Positions 8,654 to 17,959 of a DNA stretch of 46,962 nt are shown piece after piece (positions within the stretch are counted from its first letter, which is position 1; each line of letters opens with the position of its first letter). The notes beneath the pieces are model-generated. The model had not been told where the DNA came from, searched no databases, and was given only the letters and a program-made list of their open reading frames with translations. Source of the DNA: an uncultured Deferribacteres bacterium (GTDB taxonomy: Bacteria > Zhuqueibacterota > Zhuqueibacteria > Zhuqueibacterales > Geothermadaptataceae); NCBI GenBank assembly GCA_964014485.1, contig CAXHAT010000040.1:1-46962 (forward strand), read 5' to 3'. Both the position numbers and the translations under genes were made by a program.

Positions 8654-10033
8654 TCAGAATAACTTCACGCCTAAAAATCTGTCAAGTACCGTCAGAATGA
8701 AAACTATGCCGAGAACGATCGGTGCAATGTAGCTGACGGTCATATCGATAAATTTTTGTACGAACGACCCGGCGTAGCTCTCATTGCCAATCATGATCTG
8801 CTCATGCAGGTTTGATTTACGCCAAACATAGGCGGCGAAGACGGAGATCAAAAGTCCGCCCAGGGGCAAGAATGAATCGTTGGCAATGTATCCAACAAAA
8901 CTCATGAAATCCGTTGTCGCTACGCCCGGCAGCCCGAATGTCGTCGACCAGAAATCGGAAGCGCCGTTTGAGAGTAGGGAAGGAATGCCAATGACAAAAA
9001 TTGCCGCTGCCGTTCCCCAAACCGCGGTCTTTCTTTTGACCTTATGTTCATCAACGATATAGGCGACTGGCACCTCAAGCAACGAAACTGTAGAAGTTAA
9101 TGCGGCGAATGAAAGGAGGAGAAAAAAGAGCGTGCCGATAACCACGCCAAGAATCGGGCCGAGCGTCTCGAATACGCCGGGAAGCGTCGCGAAAATAAGC
9201 CCGGCGCCGCCGTTCGGCGGCAGCCCTTGCGAAAAAACAAGCGGGAACATCATCAAACCGGCGACGAAAGCGATGCCGACGTCCGCAAGCGTAATCATCG
9301 CGGCTGAAGTCACAATATTTTCTTTGCGGGACAGATAACTGCCGTAAGTAATTAAAGCGCCCATGCCGAGAGAGAGCGAGAAAAACGCTTGACCGAGCGC
9401 GCTATAAACCACCTGAAAATCGAGCTTGGAAAAATCCGGGACAAGATAGAACGAAACGCCTTCCATTGCCCGGGGCAGCGTGAAAGCGTAAATCACCAGA
9501 AAAACCATAATGCCGAGCAAAGAAGGCATCAATATTTTTGCGGCGCGTTCAATACCGCCGCTCACGCCGCGCGATACAATAAAAGCCGTCATACTCATGA
9601 AAATGATTCCGTAAAGCCCAATTTTTAGCCAGTCTTTGACAAACTCGCCAAACTGTGAGCCGATCTCAAAATTGGCCGAGATCATTTCAACAACGTACCC
9701 AAACGCCCACGCTGCGACGACATTATAAAAGGACAAGATCAGCACGCCGGAGCCAATCCCAAGTAGGCCGAGAAACGCCCAGTTTTTATAGCCAAGCGCT
9801 TTGTAGGCGCCGACGGGGTTTTTGCTCGTTTTTCGCCCGATGGCGATTTCCGTAACCATCACCGGAAAACAGAGGACAAAGCAGAAAAACAGATAGAGCA
9901 GAACAAAAGCTGCGCCGCCGCTGGCGCCGACTTTGAATGGAAATTGCCAAATATTACCCAGCCCGATGGCGGAGCCTGCCGCGGCGAGTACAAATCCGAT
10001 CCGTGAGCTCCACTGCCCTCTTTGCGCGTTCAT
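8654..10033 (-). CDS. Sodium-dependent transporter, NSS/SNF (LeuT-like) family
   Basis: WSSRIGFVLAAAGSAIGLGNIWQFP and GQAFFSLSLGMGALITYGSY signatures; about 11 hydrophobic segments. Confidence 0.95.
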   Translation of the reverse strand: MNAQRGQWSSRIGFVLAAAGSAIGLGNIWQFPFKVGASGGAAFVLLYLFFCFVLCFPVMVTEIAIGRKTSKNPVGAYKALGYKNWAFLGLLGIGSGVLILSFYNVVAAWAFGYVVEMISANFEIGSQFGEFVKDWLKIGLYGIIFMSMTAFIVSRGVSGGIERAAKILMPSLLGIMVFLVIYAFTLPRAMEGVSFYLVPDFSKLDFQVVYSALGQAFFSLSLGMGALITYGSYLSRKENIVTSAAMITLADVGIAFVAGLMMFPLVFSQGLPPNGGAGLIFATLPGVFETLGPILGVVIGTLFFLLLSFAALTSTVSLLEVPVAYIVDEHKVKRKTAVWGTAAAIFVIGIPSLLSNGASDFWSTTFGLPGVATTDFMSFVGYIANDSFLPLGGLLISVFAAYVWRKSNLHEQIMIGNESYAGSFVQKFIDMTVSYIAPIVLGIVFILTVLDRFLGVKLF

Positions 10034-10196
10034 AAAAGTCTTCCTCCGTCTGTAAACCGACGCATTTTCGGCAAAAACTGATTGCGTAATTCAATCGTCA
10101 ACATATGATTTAGGTTCCGAAAAAATAAGACATTCCATTGCCTTTGCAAGAAAAACGGTTCCGTTTGCATTGCAGCCGCGAGATGAACGGATAGTT

Positions 10197-10224
10197 GCAG
10201 AGACGCGATGCATCGCGTCTCTGC
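10197..10224. repeat. 28-bp perfect REP-like palindrome
   Basis: GCAGAGACGCGATGCATCGCGTCTCTGC; a near-identical copy lies at 35344-35371. Confidence 0.85.
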
Positions 10225-10260
10225 GACGTCAGGATATATGAAAGAGAATGGCCTTTGAGT

Positions 10261-11568
10261 ATGATGCTTAGACGCGCTATAAAATCAGCCGTGCTTTTTA
10301 GCGCCATGGTATTCATGGCCGGGTGCCAAGATGACGAGCAGTTGACGCTGCGTCTCGCAAATTGGGCCGATCACAGTGAAATTAAAATCGTCGACGCGAT
10401 TCTGAAAGAGTTTGAGCGGCGAAATCCGGGCGTTTTGGTAAAACAGGAATCTTATCCAAACCAGTACCGCGAAAAATTGATCGCGTCGTTTGCAGCCGGG
10501 ACGGCGCCGGACGTTTTTCTTTTCGACTCCGTCGATATTCCCACCTTCGCCGACCGAGGGCTTGCGTTAGATTTAAAGCCTTACATGGCGCGCGTCGGCT
10601 TCAATCCGGACGATTACTTCCCCAACGTCCTCGAAATTGCCATGCGCAACGGCAAGCTTTACGCATTTCCAAAAGATTTTACCCCGATGGTCATATTTTA
10701 CAACAAGGACGTGCTGCGAAAAAACGGCGTCCCATTTCCGCGCAGTGACTGGACGTGGAATGATTTTGTGCAGGCGTGCCTGGCTTTGCGAAAGGACTTT
10801 GACGACGACGGAAAGCTTGACCAATACGGCTCTTTTTTCCTGCGTCAACTCTACCAATACCAACCTTTTCTTTGGAACAACGGCGGCGATATTCTCAGCC
10901 CGGACGGCGCCCGGGCTTCCGGCTTTCTCAACAGTCCCGAAACCGTTGAAGCGTTCCGATTTTTAATCGACTGGCACAATAAATGGGATTTTACCGGGCC
11001 GTTGAACATTAAGCGCAATCCGACGCATCGTGATCGAAATGTTTTCTATTTAGGCAAGGCCGGCTTCCTTTTGAACGGGCATTGGTGGCTGCCGGAAGTA
11101 AAGCGCTATGTTAAAAAGCGCGATCTCGAGATTGGCGTCGTTGGGTTGCCGCGTGTTCCGGGCAAGAAATATCAGAATGTTATGTACGAATCCGGGTGGG
11201 CGGTATCGGTCGCCACGCAGCGCCGAAAACACGCGGTGAAATTGGCTGCATTTATGTCTGGAGAATTTGCGCAGCGACTCTCCGCCAGGCGCGGTCTGGC
11301 GATTTCGGCAATGAAGAGAGTCGCGGAAGAAATCGCTGAGAAAGACTCAACGGGTCTGGAGAAAATTTTCTTAGAAGAAGTTGCGTTCGCTCGCCAGCCT
11401 TGGGGCGCCAAAATACCTGACTTTTCCACGATTGACGATCTGTTGAAGCAAGTCTTCGACCGAACCGTTTGGGGTGACGAAAAATTGGAACTCGTCATTG
11501 ACGATGTGACGCGGAAAATTGACGCCCTTTTGCGAGAACGACGCTTGCAGGCCGATCTCGCACATTGA
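10261..11568 (+). CDS. Sugar ABC transporter substrate-binding lipoprotein (SBP family 1)
   Basis: Lipobox MAGC; AGTAPDVF, GKLYAFP and IFYNKD motifs. Start set to ATG 10261 because the upstream extension is REP-derived. Confidence 0.9.
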   Translation: MMLRRAIKSAVLFSAMVFMAGCQDDEQLTLRLANWADHSEIKIVDAILKEFERRNPGVLVKQESYPNQYREKLIASFAAGTAPDVFLFDSVDIPTFADRGLALDLKPYMARVGFNPDDYFPNVLEIAMRNGKLYAFPKDFTPMVIFYNKDVLRKNGVPFPRSDWTWNDFVQACLALRKDFDDDGKLDQYGSFFLRQLYQYQPFLWNNGGDILSPDGARASGFLNSPETVEAFRFLIDWHNKWDFTGPLNIKRNPTHRDRNVFYLGKAGFLLNGHWWLPEVKRYVKKRDLEIGVVGLPRVPGKKYQNVMYESGWAVSVATQRRKHAVKLAAFMSGEFAQRLSARRGLAISAMKRVAEEIAEKDSTGLEKIFLEEVAFARQPWGAKIPDFSTIDDLLKQVFDRTVWGDEKLELVIDDVTRKIDALLRERRLQADLAH

Positions 11569-11577
11569 CGCAGCACG

Positions 11578-14352
11578 TCAATTCTTGTCTCCGGCCTGGT
11601 TTTGAATTCGCCGGATTTCATCTTCGTGGTTTTTGTACAGGACTCCGTTCGTAATCCAGGCGGGCGCAGGATCGCCTTTAAGATAGTGTCCGAACCACTC
11701 CAAAATCCTGTTGTGGTAGTCGATCTGGTTGGCTTTCTGGCGGAAGCCGTGATCCTCGCCTTCATAGACCAGCAGCACCATTTGCTTGCCTGCGCGTCGT
11801 GCAAAGTTATAGAACTCCGTCCCTTGATCCCAATCTACAACCCCGTCGTCGTCGCCGAAAGCCATGAGCAGCGGCGTTTCCATCTCGTGAATTTTGTGAA
11901 TCGGTGAATTGCGGACGTGCGCTTCAGGGTCTTCCCAAAAAGGCACTTCCATGCGCGCCTGTCCGGTCTCCCAGTGATCAACTTCCGGAATGCCGGGATT
12001 CCAGTGAATTGAGCCCATAAAGCTGACAAAATCAGTGAGCGGAGCACCTGCAACGGAGGCGGCGAAAAGCTTGGTGCGCGTCGGCAAGTACGTAGCCTGA
12101 TAACCGCCCCAGGAATGGCCGATCAAACCGACTCGCGCCTCATCGGCCAAGCCCATTTCCACGACCTTGCGGATTGCCGGGCGTACGGCTTCAATCGCGC
12201 TCACGCCGGGATCGCGCGGACGATAAACGATGTCCGGCATAAGCACAAAATAACCGTTCTGCGTCCAGGCAGTGAAATTATAGTAGCTGCGCTGGTTTGG
12301 CGCCTGGAAGAAATGAATTTGCGGCGAGAGAATTTCGTAAGTGTAGACGATCATCGGGTAGCGACGACCTTCTTCATAATTCGCCGGATAGAGCAGCCCG
12401 GTTTGCAACCTGCGACCGGATTCGCTCTGGAATTCCACCAGCTCCGACCGCGTCCAGGCGTGATCGACAAGCCAAGGATTGGTGGCAGTCGCCTGTTGCG
12501 GGCGTTTAAAATCTTTTTTGGTCACAAAGAAATCCGGCGAATCATCGCGGGCTTCTGAGCGATAGAGAAAAATCTGAGCACTGTCTGCTTTTTGCAATGA
12601 ACGAATCATTTTGTCATCAAAAACCAACTGTTCGACGCCGCCCGAAGGCTTGATTCGAGCATAGCCCCGTTTTTCACTCCATTCTCCGCGCATGGAAACG
12701 TAAATCGGATTTTTGGGATCAAAGGCGGGCTCTTCGCGATCCAGATCGACCACGCGATGCATCACGTTCTCAGCCGCACCCTGGGTCAAGCGTTGAGCGC
12801 CCGAGCCGTCCGGCTTGATGCGCCAAATATCGAAGTGATCGTAGAGTAAAACCGCTTCGTCGTTTTTGAGCCATCCGCCGATGGTGAAGCCAAACGGCGG
12901 CGTGAGATCGGTGGGCGTGTCGTAAGTCGTGTCGGCGAAAACTGTCACGACCGAAGCGGTCAGATTGGCTTTTTTGCCGCTTTTCAGGGACTGACTCCAA
13001 TAATCCTTGCCGTCGAACCAGAGCAAAAATTTGCCGCCCGGACTTGCCCAGGAGTAGCGCACTTTTTCGAGCGCTTTTTCACGTTTGCCGGTCTTGAGAT
13101 CAACCGTCCAGAGATCGTGGTAGGGCCGTCCGAACATGTCGCCCCAGGCGTAAGGCTCGGCAGTGCGCTCAATCCCCGTGCCCCAATCTTCCGTAATTTC
13201 CGTGCGCGCCAAAAGCTGCGTCCCGATTTGCACGGCGCGATTGCGATCCAGATCCCAGACGGTTAGGAACGTGCGGCGTTCGTCGCGGTTTTTGGCGACT
13301 TTTTGCTGCGGATAAATGCGCACGTCCGAGGAATGCCAGATTTGCAGTTTCGCCAACTCGTCATCTTTTTTCTTCTTGGTTTTGGTGGAGTCGGCAGCGC
13401 TGGAATCGCTCTCTTCGATTTTTTCGACAGGACGCAGCCCGAAGGAGAGCATTTTTCCATCTTTGGACCATTCCGGCTTTCTGTGCTCAACCACTTCTAT
13501 TGAATCGACCAATCCGGCTTGTATCGGCATAAAATTGAATTTTTGCGGCCATGACGCGTCCAGTCTTCGCCAAGCCAGCAGCTCAAAAGTCGAACTGTCT
13601 TTGCTCGCTTCCGCCGCTGATTTCAGCACGGCAAGGTCGGCGCTTTTTTTCCGCCATGACAATTGTTTGTATTTTGAGTACGATGCGTCTAAGCTTTGCA
13701 AACGACCGCTCGCGGCGTCAAAAATCTGTACGCCGTTGCCAGCGCCGTTTCCGGTCGCGATGGTCAGCGCCAAAAGCGCGCCCTTGCCGCTCCACGAAAA
13801 ATCAGAAACATTGCCGAAAGTCGTTTCACCGCCGGTTGCGAGATTGAGCACGCGAATGTCCGCGCCTTTGCCCTTTGGCTCTTTCGGAGCGTAACCAAGC
13901 AGCGCAAGGAAGCGTCCGGTCGCGTCAAAAGTCAAGCGTTGAACGTCGTCGAAATTCTTTTCTTCACCGGTTTTTAAACTGAGCACGGCGGCTTTTTTAT
14001 GAACCGGCTTTTTGTCTTTCTCCAGCTTTTTCCTTTCTTCCTGCGAAACGCCGACTTGCCACGCCAGCCACTCGCTGTTGGAAGAGAAAGCCGGCGATTC
14101 GCCCCACAAAATTGCGCGCGTCGTGTCGCGCTCCAAAGGACGATAACGCAATTCCATCTCGTCGTTGACGCGTGCGATGCGGTAGGCCAGCCACTTGCCG
14201 TCGGGTGATAAATTGCCGCCGCGCAGGTTTTCCCAACGTCCGTAATCTTCCGGTGAGATGGTTGGCTTTTGCGCCAACGCTGTACTGGTAATTGTAAGGT
14301 AGGCAAAACAAAGCGACGCAACGGCGCTTAAAAAACGGCGAGACAAAAACAT
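11578..14352 (-). CDS. Secreted S9 family (prolyl oligopeptidase/acylaminoacyl peptidase-like) peptidase
   Basis: Signal peptide, beta-propeller repeats (SPDGKWLAY), nucleophile motif GHSWGGY, and GDDDGVVD / GEDHG Asp and His of the triad. Confidence 0.93.
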   Translation of the reverse strand: MFLSRRFLSAVASLCFAYLTITSTALAQKPTISPEDYGRWENLRGGNLSPDGKWLAYRIARVNDEMELRYRPLERDTTRAILWGESPAFSSNSEWLAWQVGVSQEERKKLEKDKKPVHKKAAVLSLKTGEEKNFDDVQRLTFDATGRFLALLGYAPKEPKGKGADIRVLNLATGGETTFGNVSDFSWSGKGALLALTIATGNGAGNGVQIFDAASGRLQSLDASYSKYKQLSWRKKSADLAVLKSAAEASKDSSTFELLAWRRLDASWPQKFNFMPIQAGLVDSIEVVEHRKPEWSKDGKMLSFGLRPVEKIEESDSSAADSTKTKKKKDDELAKLQIWHSSDVRIYPQQKVAKNRDERRTFLTVWDLDRNRAVQIGTQLLARTEITEDWGTGIERTAEPYAWGDMFGRPYHDLWTVDLKTGKREKALEKVRYSWASPGGKFLLWFDGKDYWSQSLKSGKKANLTASVVTVFADTTYDTPTDLTPPFGFTIGGWLKNDEAVLLYDHFDIWRIKPDGSGAQRLTQGAAENVMHRVVDLDREEPAFDPKNPIYVSMRGEWSEKRGYARIKPSGGVEQLVFDDKMIRSLQKADSAQIFLYRSEARDDSPDFFVTKKDFKRPQQATATNPWLVDHAWTRSELVEFQSESGRRLQTGLLYPANYEEGRRYPMIVYTYEILSPQIHFFQAPNQRSYYNFTAWTQNGYFVLMPDIVYRPRDPGVSAIEAVRPAIRKVVEMGLADEARVGLIGHSWGGYQATYLPTRTKLFAASVAGAPLTDFVSFMGSIHWNPGIPEVDHWETGQARMEVPFWEDPEAHVRNSPIHKIHEMETPLLMAFGDDDGVVDWDQGTEFYNFARRAGKQMVLLVYEGEDHGFRQKANQIDYHNRILEWFGHYLKGDPAPAWITNGVLYKNHEDEIRRIQNQAGDKN

Positions 14353-14467
14353 GGCTTGACTCCAGCTAACGTCATTTTAGAAATTACTATTCTTTGACCT
14401 GTGAATTTAGCGGAAGGTTGTTTTGACGCAACTTTATTGAAGCCAAAATTTTTCGAGTTTGTCAACA

Positions 14468-14610
14468 GGAGTGCAAAGCTTGCTTTGCTTTTCACTCGGC
14501 TCAAAAGCACAAAATTCAAACTTTTCAGCACAAGGCGTAAGAAAGCGCACGATTCAGAAAAACCTGCCGTGCAAAGGGGCTGTCCAAAGGCAAAGCAAGC
14601 TTTGCACTCC
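14468..14610. repeat. REPIN-like element with 21-bp inverted GGAGTGC... arms (copy 1)
   Basis: GGAGTGCAAAGCTTGCTTTGC at 14468-14488 and its perfect reverse complement at 14590-14610. Confidence 0.85.
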
Positions 14611-14665
14611 TTTTGCTCCTTCCACTCGAACTGGATTTGAAAAGCGGAAAATTAATCGGACGGTT

Positions 14666-15136
14666 CTATGGCTGTTCGCCATAACTCAAAACGCCGCTGG
14701 TATAGTCGCTGCCGAAAGTTGCGGCGAGGTTGAACACTTGCCGCAAAGCGGAACGCAATTCATCGCTAGTGAGCGGGGAAAGCGGGTGGATAAAGGCGGA
14801 ATAAACAATGCCGTCATTGGTGCAATAACGAGCGTCCAGCGCGGAATGGAAATTCGCCGCGAGCATTTTGTCTTTTTGCTCCGGCGTGACTTTTTTGTAT
14901 TCGATAATCGGCGCGATAAGGCGCATGCGATCAAACGACGTGTCGATCACGCAAGCGACCGGCAATTCATTGATGGTAAACTGCCAGACGTTAAACTGCG
15001 GGCGCTGGATATTTTCGGCTTCTGCGCGGAATATTTTATCGAGCTTGTTTGGCGACATTTTTTCGTTTTGCAATGTTGGAGAATTTGGCGAGAAAACGGC
15101 GGCGGAGAGTAGGACGAGCAATTTGAAAGCTAACAT
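14666..15136 (-). CDS. Exported YbjN/type III chaperone-fold protein
   Basis: Signal-like N-terminus; DRMRLIAPI...MLAANFHSALDARY...SAFIHPL pattern. Confidence 0.6.
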   Translation of the reverse strand: MLAFKLLVLLSAAVFSPNSPTLQNEKMSPNKLDKIFRAEAENIQRPQFNVWQFTINELPVACVIDTSFDRMRLIAPIIEYKKVTPEQKDKMLAANFHSALDARYCTNDGIVYSAFIHPLSPLTSDELRSALRQVFNLAATFGSDYTSGVLSYGEQP

Positions 15137-15253
15137 TTAGAACCCCTCAATTTTAAGAAGACAGACTTTTGGCGATTCAATCACGCCGTCGATTTTGAAC
15201 TGCGACCCCGGTGCGGATGCGTTCCAAAATTGACGGCGTGACGCGCTTGCTGC

Positions 15254-16174
15254 TTATAGCTCTTCCACAATCGCGCGCAAGGCGGCAATTTCCGCCTCCA
15301 GCGCAGCGATGCGAGCAAGCAATTTGGCTTTGAGCTCTTCGATTGAAATTGTGGTTGGCGGTGAAATGTCAAAAGCGGCTTGCACCGGACGGTGGTCGGG
15401 CGTAGAGCTGTCGTCAGGGAAATCGCCCGGAGTGACAAGAATTTCCGACGAAGCCCGCCATGAATCAGGCAAGTTTGCGGCAAAAACAAAATCCAAAACG
15501 CTGTTGAATCGACAACCGCCGCTCGAAGTCGCGGAGCATTGCGTCCGGCGCAAAGTTTCCGGGCGAATCCAGATAAAAATGTTTGCGGCGGTCAAAAGAT
15601 CGAAGCCTGCATCGTGATCATTATCGCCGCCTTCCACTTCCCAGTCATAGTTGTAGTCGCCCACAGCGATCACAGGCGAATCTTGCTCGCTCGCCCACTC
15701 ATTCAGCAAGCGCGATTGCTGATGACGGCGATCTTTGCGCGAGCGGTAGAGATGGTTGACCATGAAGAAAAATCCCTGTCCTGTAATAACGTCCTGAAAC
15801 TGAGCGACCAGCGGCGCGCGCACATTGCCGCCGATGTTGATTTCGTCCAATTCTTCCTGGCTTACCAATTCAAGCCGGTCGGCGTCGTAGATGATGAGCA
15901 TCCGGTCGCCGCCGCCGGTTGTGCCCAAAATGCTTTGATAATCGGCGTTCTCGCCGTCTTCCGCCGCCGATTCCAGAGTCGGAATAACAGCGGCGCCCTG
16001 CACTTCCGTAAAGCCCCAAATATCCACGCCTTGGGCGGTTTTGATACGGTCGGCGATCACGTTTGCGTCCGCATCGCCGGACTCGATGTTCCACGTAACA
16101 ACGGTGAGCGTTTCTTGTGCGACCAGCGGCGCAGCGAAGACTAAAAGTAATAGAAAGGCGAATTTTCGATGCAT
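15254..16174 (-). CDS. Secreted endonuclease/exonuclease/phosphatase (EEP) family protein with C-terminal coiled coil
   Basis: TWNI, TEVQ, VNHL, VGDYN, LDFVF and PDHRPV motifs; RBS before ATG 16174; heptad tail IEELKAKLLARIAALEAEIAALRAIVEEL. Confidence 0.9.
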   Translation of the reverse strand: MHRKFAFLLLLVFAAPLVAQETLTVVTWNIESGDADANVIADRIKTAQGVDIWGFTEVQGAAVIPTLESAAEDGENADYQSILGTTGGGDRMLIIYDADRLELVSQEELDEINIGGNVRAPLVAQFQDVITGQGFFFMVNHLYRSRKDRRHQQSRLLNEWASEQDSPVIAVGDYNYDWEVEGGDNDHDAGFDLLTAANIFIWIRPETLRRTQCSATSSGGCRFNSVLDFVFAANLPDSWRASSEILVTPGDFPDDSSTPDHRPVQAAFDISPPTTISIEELKAKLLARIAALEAEIAALRAIVEEL

Positions 16175-16235
16175 GATTTTCCTCAATGAGATGGGTTATG
16201 ATTTTATTTAATTTCTACAATTGAGTTTAGGCTTG

Positions 16236-16634
16236 TTATAGTTTTTGCAAATTGAGTTCTAATAATCGCGATCGTAAATCTTTTCTTTCCCAATTTTCGA
16301 AGCCAAGGATGCGATTATCGTGATCGACGTCAATGATCACATGGCCGGCATGAGTCATAATGTCGATGCTATGGCTGTAGTTTCGGACCGATTCATTAGA
16401 TGCTTTCAAATCGTCAATTGTAGACACTGAAAGTGATGCGCAACTTTTGTGATAACATGCGCATGCGCCGGTTATATACAATCCGTCCAGTTGCGTTGCC
16501 AAGTCAGTCTTCAGAGATGCGTTTAGATCATCGCTGCTTTCACCGGTCAAAATCCCAGTCTTGACTTCCTCGTAATAGTCTGGAAGAACGTTTTTTAAAC
16601 GATTTTTGGCAGTAGTTGGATTATTTTTAAACAT
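16236..16634 (-). CDS. Hypothetical protein (132 aa) with a CxC...C cluster
   Basis: GACACYHKSCAS and a C-terminal IIDVDHDNRILGFE. The upstream part of the called ORF runs through the MITE and is not included. Confidence 0.55.
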   Translation of the reverse strand: MFKNNPTTAKNRLKNVLPDYYEEVKTGILTGESSDDLNASLKTDLATQLDGLYITGACACYHKSCASLSVSTIDDLKASNESVRNYSHSIDIMTHAGHVIIDVDHDNRILGFENWERKDLRSRLLELNLQKL

Positions 16635-16639
16635 AGTAA

Positions 16640-17056
16640 CTGATGTTACGCACTCTTGAAAATTTCTCAAGCAGCACCAGATGAAAGTCGCTTTTACGGC
16701 ATTCCCGCGCAGGCGCACGCGCGATAAAAAGGTTGTGGATAACTTGCAACTTGTCCCGGATGGATATTCGAAAATAGCCAGCCAATTCATTGGCTGGACT
16801 GAAGTTACGCCCGATTTCCATAAAGTCCCGCAAGGGACGATTGAAGTTGAGCGTTGTGTAAAAATCTCAGTCGTCCCTGCCGGGACTTCACTCGAAACAT
16901 GGCTGATTTTGCCCCGCCAATGAATTGGCGGGCTAGTTTCGGCCGTCCCTCTGGGACTGATTTGAGTTATCCACATTCTTTTTATCGCGCGTGCGCCTGC
17001 GCGGGAATGACTTTAACAGGAGTTTCTTTGGCTTCATCGCTGGCGCGTAAAATCAG
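16640..17056. mobile_element. MITE (417 bp) with 12-bp TIRs and 7-bp TSD, containing nested inverted-repeat elements
   Basis: TIRs CTGATGTTACGC (16640-16651) and GCGTAAAATCAG (17045-17056). Direct repeats ATAGTAA at 16633-16639 and 17057-17063. Inner IR layers at 16700-16744/16965-17009 and 16753-16957. Confidence 0.85.
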
Positions 17057-17127
17057 ATAGTAACAACGGCAACTTTTGCCCCGGTTTATCCCCATATAAT
17101 TTTGGTTAGGCGGGACGGGGAATCGAT

Positions 17128-17541
17128 TCACCCGGTTTTGAAGCTGTAAATCACAGCCCCGGATTCTGAAACGCTGATGTCGGCCAAGCCGTTTGAATGG
17201 CACTGGTCGAGCATCGTTTTCGCTTCTGTTGAAGAGACGGACATCTCGCGCGCAACGTCAGCGACGGTCAAATTGCCTTGATTGTCTTTGGCCAGTTGCA
17301 GCACATTCCTTTCTCGCAGCTCCTGTTTTCGGAGCCTGCCCTGCCGTCTCATACGTCCGCAAAGGATGGTTCCGCCGACCAGCGGGACAGCGCCGAACAT
17401 GGCGATCCAGAAAATCCATTCCAGCATTCGGCCTTCATTTTTGGGATCGACCATATTTCCGATTCCGCCGACCAGGAAAATAAAACCGAAGATAATTAAG
17501 ACGACCCCGAGTAAATAGAGCAGTTTTTCAGAAAGAGTCAT
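17128..17541 (-). CDS. Two-TM membrane protein with C-terminal winged-helix-like domain
   Basis: Two hydrophobic helices followed by VLQLAKDNQGNLTVADVAREMSVSSTEAKTML...SESGAVIYSF. Confidence 0.7.
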   Translation of the reverse strand: MTLSEKLLYLLGVVLIIFGFIFLVGGIGNMVDPKNEGRMLEWIFWIAMFGAVPLVGGTILCGRMRRQGRLRKQELRERNVLQLAKDNQGNLTVADVAREMSVSSTEAKTMLDQCHSNGLADISVSESGAVIYSFKTG

Positions 17542-17552
17542 TGATAAGCTCG

Positions 17553-17837
17553 CTACTTCATAATTTCGTAAACTTGCGTGCTGGCGACAATTGGACATTC
17601 CCCTGCAATTCTTGCCGCTTCGTCCAGATTTTCCGCCTTAATCATGGTGTAACCGGTGATTGAGTCTTTCCCGAATGGAATGTCTTCCGTTCCCGAGCGA
17701 GAAATTTCGCGTCCGCCGCGAAACCCGCCCTGGTCGACTTTTATGTCCGCGATCGATTCGAACCATTTGTTCCATGCGCCCATTTCTTCGGGGGTTGGCT
17801 TTTCAAAACCATAATGCAAAATCATGTAATTTTTCAT
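17553..17837 (-). CDS. YciI/DGPF-like small protein
   Basis: MGAWNKWF and ITGYTMIKAENLDEAARIAGECP are typical of YCII-related proteins. Confidence 0.75.
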   Translation of the reverse strand: MKNYMILHYGFEKPTPEEMGAWNKWFESIADIKVDQGGFRGGREISRSGTEDIPFGKDSITGYTMIKAENLDEAARIAGECPIVASTQVYEIMK

Positions 17838-17959
17838 GTTCCAAGCCTCGTTTGTTGTCGTTAGCATTCACTTGTCGCAATAGTTTCAGACCTTTAGAAC
17901 CAAGGCCCAGGGTCTCGGTCTGCAATCCGTTTGATAGCCGTTCTTGCAGATCGAACCGT

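Noticed and set aside
16734..16975. Two perfect DnaA boxes (TGTGGATAA at 16734-16742, TTATCCACA at 16967-16975) suggesting oriC
   Set aside because: They are the mirror-image halves of one inverted repeat inside a MITE. There is no dnaA/dnaN context, DnaA-box cluster or AT-rich unwinding region.
16635..16976. N-terminal 114 aa of the called ORF 16236-16976
   Set aside because: It runs through palindromic mobile DNA. The pre-insertion sequence has an in-frame stop ten codons upstream of ATG 16634.
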